Source: Penicillus capitatus (lineage: Eukaryota > Plantae > Chlorophyta). Taken from it: DNA of 64,000 bases. A model generated the notes under the pieces. The model had not been told where the DNA came from. It saw only the letters and a program-made list of their open reading frames with translations, and did no database searches. The DNA is taken from assembly GCA_965649825.1 (NCBI GenBank), contig OZ287697.1, positions 1,017,635 through 1,081,634 on the forward strand. The letters are read 5' to 3'. Shown here in pieces: positions 54,610 through 64,000 of this stretch; the first letter of the stretch is position 1; every line of letters begins with the position of its first letter. The translations under genes were made by a program, and so were the position numbers.

Positions 54610-57010
54610 TCATTTCTGCCAGAAATGAAAGACATTTAAGGAACTGGTCGTCGTATCCGGATTCAGTGCCTTCTTCAGTTTCGAAAACTCTTCACCAGAG
54701 GCACCCAACAGCATAGAGATGGCAGGGAGAAGCAAGTCGCGTTCATTCGTCCTGTTCTGTGCCATCGCTTCGAGCAACTTGAACAGAACATTCTTCAGGT
54801 ATAAGGTATCAATGGCCGAGAGGCCGTTGCGCTGGGAAACATCCGACATCGATGCGGCATCATGGAAAGTCCCGCCGCCGCGCGAGTCTTCAAATCCCAG
54901 CATCGGATCCGGCTTGACATGAAGCTTGGTACAGAGATGCTGTCTCTCACGTTCCAGTCGACTCGCATACTCTCGGCACGTATCCAGTTCCTTCTTGACA
55001 ACCGACAGCTGGTGGCGCAGCTGAAAGGTCGAACTTGTGTTCTGCCGCTCGACCTGCAGAAAGCGATCTTCTAGCTGAGACAAGTCATCCAGAAGCTTCA
55101 TCTGCAAACAACGATCGCTGCAGTATGAAATCCGTGTATGCGATCGCCTGTACTTTTTCCAACTGTTCCTTTTCGAGATCGGATGAACATTCGCGTAGAT
55201 CGTTCTGTGTACGGTGCAGTTCAGACTGTTTGGCCTCGAGCTCTGCCAGGAGAGATTCTGTTCCGTGAGAGGGTGGCTGCTGCCGAAGCTCGTGCTCCAG
55301 TGCGGTGAGCTGCCGGACGCGTTTATCGAGTTTTTCGCAGCGGGTTTGTTCCTTGATGAGCTGCGCTTCGCTACGCTTGAGCTGTTTCTCAAGGGATCCC
55401 ACTTTCTGCGCCGTCATCAGAAGCTCCTTCTCCAAGACACCCACGCGCTCTTCCATTTCGGAGGTGATCTGCTGGTAATGCCCGCTCCGATCGGCCGCCA
55501 CTTTGAGCTCGGAACGCTGTTCTTCCAAACTGTGCACCGTGGCTGACAGTTTGTCTCTCTCGGCCACCAGTGCTTCATACGAAGCAACCTGAGAGACGCG
55601 ATCGCAGAAGAGACGGCAGATAACATTAGGCAACCCGCATGGCGAGCTCGTCCGTTTCGTTGCGTAAGGAGATGTTGCGTTGCACAAGGGACTGGCACTC
55701 CTGAGCCTTCGAGGCATAATCTGTTCCAAGGCTCTCGATCTCGGCCTGAAATGCTCGACAGATGGTGGCAAGAATGTGTGAGATGCGTCTCACTCTCAGA
55801 TCGGCAATCTGTTTCCGGTACTGCTTCTCGAGCTGTTTGCTTCTGCCGGCGATCTCAGAGATACCTCTAAGAGCAACCTTCTCTTTCTCCTGTGCCTTCT
55901 TGGCTAAAATGGCCATGTGTCGAGAGGCGTGATAAAAATGGAATGGGGATTGCCTTCGAGTGTGGCATCCTCTGCACGTCTTTCTGCCTCGCGGGTTGCC
56001 TCCTCTGCCTTGAGGCACATGTTCTGGGCTCGGGTGATCATCGCCGATGGCGAAGTACTGCTCTGCCTCTCCTCCTTCCTGCCACACACGTCACTTCATG
56101 TCTCGGTCGAATGGCCGCCGCCTTCCCACCTGATGTTTTCTAACTGATGACGAAGGTGTTCGTTCTCCGACTGCAGCTTCTGTATATCGACTTCTGTCGA
56201 AGATGCTTCCTCCGTAAGAATCCACGCCACGGTAACGGGAGAGACGACGTTTTTCTCATCGGTGTTAAGAGTGACATGGACATTTGAATCCTGAGGTGGC
56301 ATCCTGGGTCGTCACTCAGCTATTACCGCCTCATGTGTAAGGAGATGGCACACGTACGGTTTCGCTGGGGAAGCTACGGCATTGTGCACTGAATGGCGTT
56401 TCTCCAGTTCTTCTTTGAGTGTTTGGATTTCATTCTGAGCAGATACGAGCAGAGCAGAAGAGACACCTGTACATTCTCTCCATCACGCATGGCACTTCTC
56501 ACTCATTGAGGTCACACTTTCGTTCAACATTTGCGCCTTGTCCACATCGGCGATGCACTGAGCGAGTTCCTGATTCAGCGCATCCTCTGGCACGTTCCCC
56601 TTCTCGATCAACACCTGCACGCATTTCTCCAAACCCTAATCGCCTTCTCTCATTTCGCCACCTTCCTGAGTCGGAGATTCAGATCTAAAAGCTCTTGTCT
56701 CTCGCGGATGTGTGTCCTATCATATTTCTCACTCTTTCTCAGTTAAGGCGCTAAGGGGCACCGAACCGGATGATTTGATTCAAATCGGCATTGTCGAACC
56801 ATCTGAGACGACGGGCGCTTTCAAGTGGCAGCCTAGGGACACGTCAAACGGTTGAACAGGCGTGGTGGTCTCGACGTCGTGCCTTAAGTACTGCTGCTGG
56901 CTGTCTTGTTGGGCCACACGGGATGTCGGCGCGTTTTGCTTAACGATACCGCTGACCGTATCCAGCAACGGCGAGACGTTGAGACCCGACTGCTGCCAAA
57001 AACGTTTCAT
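54610..57010 (-). CDS. GRIP-domain golgin (long coiled coil)
   Basis: Multiple coiled-coil exons and a C-terminal YLKNVLFKLLEA..LLPAISMLLGASGEEF GRIP signature. Start MKRFWQQ is inferred. Confidence 0.78.
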
Positions 57011-57049
57011 CCCGAACTCTCGGCGAAGATGATCCAATGATGGACATTC

Positions 57050-57496
57050 ATGAAAGAACGACGCATTCCCTCATCGAGCAAAGGCTACGCTCTTCTGAAG
57101 AAAGCCGGATGGGTCGAAGGCACGGGACTCGGTGCTCAGAAACAGGTAAACGCAGATGGGTGACCCCGTCGCTATGATGGGACGTTTCGCTAGGGCCGAA
57201 CGACACCCTTACAGCCATGGCTCAATGACGGAAGGCGTGGAATCGGCTGTGCACCGAAGAAGACGCTCCCTGCGTCGGCGTCGTCGCCTACGGTTGAAGC
57301 TACCCCTTCGGGTGCGAAGTCCAAGAGACGGCGCCAGAGGAAAGGGGAGAAAAAGAGCCAACGTCTGGATCGAGATGGGGTACAGTATCGTGCCATTCGG
57401 CGAAAACTGGAGGCCGAGACGATAATCGATGATGCCGATTCGAATCCCTTACTGCGAAGCCACGCGCTCTCGTGTTCAAATCCCTTGCTGCCTTGA
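57050..57496 (+). CDS. Small G-patch domain protein
   Basis: MKERRIPSSSKGYALLKKAGWVEGTGLGAQKQ|GRTTPLQPWLNDGRRGIG across one GT-AG intron; basic C-terminus. Not in the ORF track as such. Confidence 0.8.
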
Positions 57497-57788
57497 TACA
57501 AGGAATGAAGGGCATGTGTGCCATTACACGTTATTCGCTCGGACCGTTCTGTGGAGAACCGAGTCCATCAGCGTTCGATTATTCTGTAATAAGACGGAAA
57601 GACATGTATGCGACGATCCATAAGTGAAAATAGAACCAAGGAGATTTCCAGTTCGCACGGGGCAATTCTACGTAAGAGTATTGCGAGCCGCCATCTCTTA
57701 TTGGTCGAGATCGGTTCATGAAATGATAATAAAATAGCAATGCAACCCTGTGAGGCTTGAGAATTTCGATGCGGCTAGGAGGAGACGA

Positions 57789-59735
57789 CTAGCGCATAAA
57801 CCCGGGCAAAAGGTTTCGGAGCCCCTTTCCCCAGTCGTAAGCTCCTAAATTCAACGGCTCTTCATTCGCCGCCGTCTTGAGGCCTTGGACGCGAAACACG
57901 ACTTCTGCTTTGGCACTCGAGGTCGATTCCGGCGATAACGACACCCGCTGAGCCGTTTCGATCTGACAGGCGTCATCGTCGGACACGCATGTTAACTGCA
58001 GACGGTAGCCCAGGGGATGATTCTGTAGACCTGTCTCGGGATGCGGCGCGAAGCTGTAGGTCTGTGTGTCTCCGTCGAGATCGACGATCCACCCCAAGCT
58101 GGCCGTATCGGAACACGCTCGACCGGAAGCGCCTCGAAGGCCCACGGCGAGGGCTGTGTCTTCTGGCAGCTGCACGGTCTCCCCTGGGCCGATTGTCATA
58201 CCTGTTGACTGGACTACGTCCTCAACATCGCAAGCAACGATCGGCACGGCCAGTTCGTTCTCGAGGAAAACGCCACGGCGTGATGTGACCTCCTGTAGTT
58301 TACGGCCATAGTTTCCACCGTGTGACGCGCCGCCGGCGTTATTGCGCAGTCCCGTGATCATCATAGGATCTGGCATGTGTGGTTTATTCGGCTCTCTGCA
58401 GCACCACGCACGTGCACATCAGAGAAGCCGGCGGATGACTAGGATCAGTCCCTTACCGGTAAGTGTAGTCTGCGCCGTTGGCTGTTTCAGGTTTCTTGAA
58501 AATAAATTTGACCTTGGTGCTGCCCGAAGGCGGCTTCTTCTTCGTCACCATCGTAATAACATTGTTATGTGCAACACGTTCGCCACAGACGCCATCCACC
58601 GAAGACGAGCTAGACACAACGATCGGAAGACAAGACAGACGACGGACGGGCGCACCATTCAAGATCCATGACGTAGCCCACTGCCGAGGCCGGGACCTCA
58701 GAATTTGGCTGTTGGTAGAAATAATGTGTGGAGTAGATGAAGCCGTTGTCCTCGACGCCTGTTCCGATCTCGTAAGGCAGGAGTGCCGCGCCACTAGGAC
58801 TGAATTCATCCCACGTGCAGGCTTCCATAATATCTGCTCCGGCGAAGCTGACATAGATGTCACCATGCGGCGGCTTTCCGTATGTCGGTCCACCCCAGTA
58901 GTTAATGGGCTGCGTCGTCATCATCACTGTCTCGCCTGGCTTGACCAGCGTCGGGATCAAAAAGATCTCGTGTCCTGGGAAGACGGTCTGGCAGAGGAAG
59001 ACGTGCTGATCGAGACGATTCTCGGCATAGACAAACGTCTCGCCCTGCTGGCACAATGGCTGGGAAGGCATCTCGAGTGTGCCGTCTTCTTTGCAGTAGA
59101 CGCCATGGGACGACGTTCCGTAATCCCACGTCCCATCGCAATGCCCACGCTTATGTCCATTGACAAAATCAAAATTCGAGGTCTCGGCCTGATTGAAGGC
59201 GGTCCAGTAGTATCCGGGCTCACAGGCATAGAGGCAGTGGACACCGGGCTTACATGCCTGGGACTTGGGATCGAGCGCCCAGCCGCGGGAAACGGTGGAG
59301 CCTCGTCGCGAGCCAGGCAGACAGACGACGTGGTCTTGGTCGGGCAGGGGACAAACGTCGCCGCGGTTCTCCCAACACTCTTTGAAACCGCGACGTGGCC
59401 ATGCGGCGTCGGAGCGTCCCCAGTTTTTTTCCCACCAGTCGTGCCCATTGAGCATTGTCTCGGCGCTGTTCTCCTGCTGCGGACCCTGAGGGCAACTTCC
59501 GTGGAGACTCGAAAACGCGTTCACTAAAAACAACGCGCGATAGAAACGTCGGCGTGGCAAGGGTGCGTGCTTACAGAGACGTCGTGCGGACCATGGACTC
59601 GTCCCACTGCCGTCAACGCAAACCGCCTGGTCGCACACACGTCGCATGGAATGAGAAACGCCGAGGCGGTCGGCTTACGAGTGCCGTCAGGCAGAGAAGC
59701 AGAAGAGCGAGCGGTGGCTTCGGCGTCATAGACAT
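57789..59735 (-). CDS. Secreted SUN-family (SIM1/UTH1/NCA3/SUN4; GH132)-like protein with a C-terminal extension
   Basis: Signal MSMTPKPPLALLLLCLTAL. CLYACEPGY..GVYC..G.L..LC..G..AENRL..VFLCQTVFPGHEIFLIPTLVKPGET..YVSFAGADIMEACTW matches the SUN domain pattern from memory. Four GT-AG introns join in frame to ORF 57789-58376. Confidence 0.72.
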
Positions 59736-60314
59736 TGTGGACAACGGCAACCAACTCCTTAGACCTAAAGACGCATGACATGGGCGGCGTTATTGCCTGC
59801 TGCCTGTGATTGGCGTCGTTGGTGCGCTCGCGACCGCGTGCCTACCTTGCGGCGGACGGACAGGACGGACGAAGTGTGTGGCGTTTGACGCTAAAGAGCA
59901 CGTTGCAGATAGAGGACGACCTTTTATCTACAACGACGGCGTAAGTTCGTACGAAGTTCTCTTCGATGCTTTGGCACCAACCGTCTCGACTGCACGGATC
60001 CATGCCGCGTGCTAGGAACTGCAGATGCAATCCTGCTCTTCTTGGGCCTCTAAATCCGAAAGAGCGACGCGGATGAACATGACGAAACACAGCAAAACAA
60101 TGCTCGATGCGTCCTGGACAACAACAACAACAACATCCACAGGAACGTTGATCGGAAGAGTGGGTGGGGAACGGATAGCAATTCCACCGTCCTCTGCGCA
60201 GTCCGAGGTCACGGCACATCAGCACGTTACACAGAAGCATACTAATAGAAGAGCAATCTAGCAAATCAAGTCTCGGTCTGTCCCTCACTCTTCTGCTGCT
60301 GCGCGTTCTTGGCC

Positions 60315-62442
60315 CTAGAGAGACACAAGGCGATCGTGATGGCGGGATGGATGGAGATGGGAAGGTGGGCGGTACTTGTGAAGGAAGGCCCGGACGAATG
60401 GATGCCGGAGCGCATCGTCCACATCGATGCGTTTCTCTGGATCGAGCATCATCATTTTCTCAAGCAGATCCGCCAATTGGGACACCAATCTGGGTTGACA
60501 CCCCTCCGCATACTTGTTTAACAAAGCATGAAAATTGTGTTTCACTGTGGGATTGCTTATCAGTCTCTTTGTTGGCTTCTTTGTGAACTTATCCACGTCG
60601 ATTTCCACAAACGACATGTTTGCATCCTTCTCGAAATGCTCATCACAAAACGCCGCTTTCTTGAGCAGCTTTCTGGGAAATGCCCCTAGAGACGACAGCA
60701 CACGATGCGAAGGCGTGATCGATCATGGACGGCCGTACCTTTGGCGTCCATCATGAGCTTGAGCATGGCGTTATTTGTGCGACCTGGGAAAAGGTACTGT
60801 CCAGTGAACGTCTCATAGATCACACATCCGAGTGACCACATGTCCATGGCGTATCCATATTTCAATCCCAGTATCACCTCGGGTGGCCGATAGAATCTGC
60901 TACAGACATACGGTGTAATCTCCGTACTCCATTCCTCCATGGCGCTGCCAAAATCACAGAGCTTGACGCGTGAGTATTTTTCATTGACGAGGACGTTGTC
61001 TGGCTTGATGTCTGCATGAAGCAGTTCGTTCAGTTTGAGATGCTTCAGGGCCACCAGCAATTGTGCTGTGAAGTGTCCTACGCCATCAAGACTCAAACCC
61101 ACATTCCGGCCAAACTTCTTGGTCAGTTCCCGCAAATTCATGGCCATAGGCTCAAAGACAAGACACAGATGTCCACGATAAACGAAGGAGCGCAAGAGAC
61201 AGATGCAATGGCGTTTGTGTTCGGGGTCGGTCGATGAAAGGAGCTTCAGAAATTGCTCCTCTCTCTTGCCACAGTTCTTCATCAAATCATTCGCGCGGAT
61301 GACTTTGATGCACACCTCTGGATAGTTTCCAGTCACATCACGACGCACCTTATCCCGTCCACACAGCACGGTACTAAAAACACCTTTCCCTGAAGAGAAC
61401 ACGGTTTCAGTAAAGGCGAAATGCATTGTCGGTCACCTTTGAATGAGAGAATCTCGTAACGGTTGTCCATAATCTCACCGATCCGAAACTTGTAGTAACC
61501 CTCCGCGTCATCATACGCATCCATCAGGCCACGATTGGCCGCCTACATCGTCACCGCATCATAACCGTCGCTTCAACCCTGCTCTGCCTCTTACCGCCTT
61601 CTGCACAGCTTTGTCCAAGGACTGGTATGTCTCGTTGGTATGCGCGTTGTCTGGTGTTTCACAGAAGATGTCATCGATGTCCCGTTGGGGAGGATGGGTG
61701 TGTGGGTGATTGCTGTCTTGTCGTTCCAGGAGTTTTTCCTTATCGTGCTTCTCGTCATCGAAAATCGCGAGTCGATCTGCAGAGCAGTCCGATCCTTCCA
61801 CAGGTTCAAATCCCTTCAGAGATGTGACGTTTCTCTCTACTTCTGCAGGACTCGATCGCTTCTCGCTGTCGCCGCCAACGCCCTTGTCCAAGACGCATTC
61901 GGCAGACGACACAGATTCGGTCGATTTGTCGGCTTCGGTGATTGCTGGCAGCTTCTGCTCAGCTTCAGCGCGTTTTTGGTGTTTGTTAATGATGGCGGCC
62001 ATCCGTTTGCGCCGCTCTTCGCGTTGCTTTTCGATATCCTCTTCCTCTTCGACCGGAATCGAATCGATCTCCATCGTATCGTCGACTTCGCGTTGTGTAT
62101 CGGATCGATGGCGTTTGTGTCGCTTTGTGCGCTTCTCTCGACGATGCTCTTCGCGGCGATGACGCGATTTTGACGCCGAGGAAGGAGACCGACCGACACG
62201 TCGTCCATCGTCGTGGCGGATGCGTCGATGGTCGCGGCGATGAACTGGCGAACGACTTAGACGACGTGTTTCATCCCTAACAACGCACAGACATGTCCAC
62301 AACAGCAACGCCAGAATACCTACCCGCACGCGCGACGACGTGGACGGTGCGCATTGTCATAGTTGCCCTCGCCGTTCTGCACGATTTCACCCGGTTCTAA
62401 TTCACTCTCGGCCAAGAGGACGTGGACCCCACTTCTCTCCAT
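60315..62442 (-). CDS. PRPF4B: PRP4 kinase (CMGC, spliceosome-associated)
   Basis: RS/RH-rich N-terminus; DAYDDAEGYY, GKGVFSTV, KVIRAND, HADIKPDN, KLCDFGSA, ITPYVCSRFYRPPE. Confidence 0.92.
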
Positions 62443-62622
62443 GACGACGAAAACGTTGTTCAGTATTAAAGGCTCCGATTCAAATTCAAAATCCGTCGAA
62501 TTCGAACGCACAAATCAATTACCGAACGAACGAACATCGTTATCCACGGCGTCGGAGATGATGTGACACTTGTGTTCCTCACGGTCAAGAAGCACATTCG
62601 ACGTGCACAGTGCGAGACAGAG

Positions 62623-63518
62623 ATGACGTCGCATATCTTGTTTTCGCTCATCGCCCGAGGGACGGTCGTTTTGGCCGAGTACAGGTGCGTCGAGGGGAGC
62701 GTAAGGGGCGAATGGGAAGGGTGTGTGGTGTAGTACCGTCACGGGTAATGCCCAATTCATTGCGCATCGCATTCTGGAGAAGAATCCATCCGTTGACACG
62801 TAAGACCCGACGGCACAGGTCACACATAAGACGATGTGTGATGCTAGTCGGGTCTCCTATTCCCAGGAACGTCACATGTACCACATCCTCGTCAACGATG
62901 GCATTACATTTCTCTGCATGGCTGAAGAGGTTAACGCAATGTCGCACTTATGATGTCACTCTTTTTGTGTAGGCATTCGGACATCGTATACCCTATGCCT
63001 ATCTAGAGGACATTAAAAACGAGTTCTTTGCGACCTACGGAACAGCTGCGCTGAATGTGCGGTGATGTGTGTTGAGTGAGAAGGTCGGCAGCAGTGTGCG
63101 ATCTAGGCGGTAGCTTATGAGTATGATACGGAGTTTTCTCGAAGAATGCAGGAGAAGATGGAGTACTTTTCGAGCAATCCCAATGCCGATGCGATCAATC
63201 GCGTCCGGGGTGGGATCGCCGATGTGAAGAACGTGATGATCGAGAATATCGAGAAGGTCTTGGAAAGGGGAGAGCGATTTGAGCTGCTCGTCAACAAGAC
63301 ATCCCAATTGGGACAAGAGGCGTTCATTTTCAAGAAGGAAGCTAGAAGACTGAAACAGCAAATGCGCTGGAAAGTGAGAAGAGTGAAAAGAGTGAGAATC
63401 GAAACGAAGGTGATCGTGATCGTAGAATATGAAGATGACGCTGATCATTATCGCGGTGTTGTTCGTCATCGCCATCATCATTCTGATCTCGATCTGCGGT
63501 ATGACTTTCAGTTGCTGA
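62623..63518 (+). CDS. VAMP7: Longin R-SNARE, VAMP7/VAMP71 family
   Basis: ILFSLIARGTVVLAEY, DGITFLCMAEE|AFGHRIPYAYL, VKNVMIENIEKVLERGERFELLVNKT, C-terminal TM; about 5 introns. Confidence 0.92.
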
Positions 63519-63663
63519 TTGCGGCGACCGATCGGAGTTCGAGGGACCAGCAGGGAGATAAGGACGATGTGACGTCCGTGTCGAATGATGAGGGTTCGTA
63601 CTTGATGTGTGTCAGCCAAATGAAATGCGATGTGACGTTTGGTAAGCGACGCGCGCGATACGT

Positions 63664-64000
63664 ATGGATCCCATGGACGGAACATTGACCCGATCGCGGC
63701 TTTTCGGAAGCGGGTTGACAAAAGAGATGCTGCGCTGCATCGAAGACGATCAGCGACGAAAAGTTCGTTCCGTTACGTCCGCCGCCATCGATGACGCAGA
63801 CGTCATGCAGATTCGCGACGATGCCAAGAAGCGCGCCGCTGCTGATCGCGTCGATTACGATACGTTCAAGAACAGAGTCTTCGCCTCTCATCATTACCTG
63901 TCACATCACTCACACATTCTCACTAGGTCGCCGCCAGTCACCTCACTCCCCTCAACGTGACGTCGATCCGTGATGCCTGTCGGTGAATCATCGATCGAAT
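63664..64000 (+). CDS. 5' part of a CCDC103-like (dynein attachment factor N-terminal domain) gene, runs off window
   Basis: RDDAKKRAAADRVDYDTFKNRV resembles the Dynein_attach_N motif (NDAK-x-RA..Y-x-x-F). An intron-like sequence follows. Confidence 0.45.

Noticed and set aside
58478-59527. 349-aa plus-strand ORF, and similar long antisense ORFs at 9926-10633, 13054-13761 and 49978-50790
   Set aside because: Antisense shadows of well-supported genes.
60118-60136. (CAA)n microsatellite
   Set aside because: Only about 6 units in intergenic DNA; ordinary.

Overview
Eukaryotic nuclear DNA from a very gene-dense genome with short (about 45-60 nt) spliceosomal introns and the standard genetic code. 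The gene content, intron style and TGTAA 3' signals suggest a chlorophyte green alga, possibly a siphonous ulvophyte (inference only). About 23 spliced or single-exon genes can be reconstructed by hand. Conserved housekeeping genes: TAF5, MBOAT acyltransferase, E(z)/EZH2, calmodulin-like, ATP sulfurylase, cis-prenyltransferase, HAD IIA hydrolase, PTC7 phosphatase, GRIP golgin, G-patch protein, PRP4 kinase, VAMP7. Lineage-expanded or unusual genes: two giant beta-helix/Cys-rich/multi-TM proteins; four intact secreted beta-propeller lectin-like genes plus one pseudogene, two of them in a 2.2-kb inverted duplication; an exostosin-like/sulfotransferase fusion; a RIG-I/Dicer-type helicase without RNase III domains; and a secreted protein resembling the fungal SUN (GH132) glucanases. 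There is also a three-copy degenerate repeat family. Window-wide oddities: at least 7 GC-AG introns, a strongly over-represented GATGTGAC/GTCACATC motif, and several 90-105 nt same-strand inter-ORF spacers lacking TGTAA (candidate polycistronic loci). No rRNA, tRNA or CRISPR was seen. All exon structures were inferred by eye, so gene ends marked uncertain are approximate.
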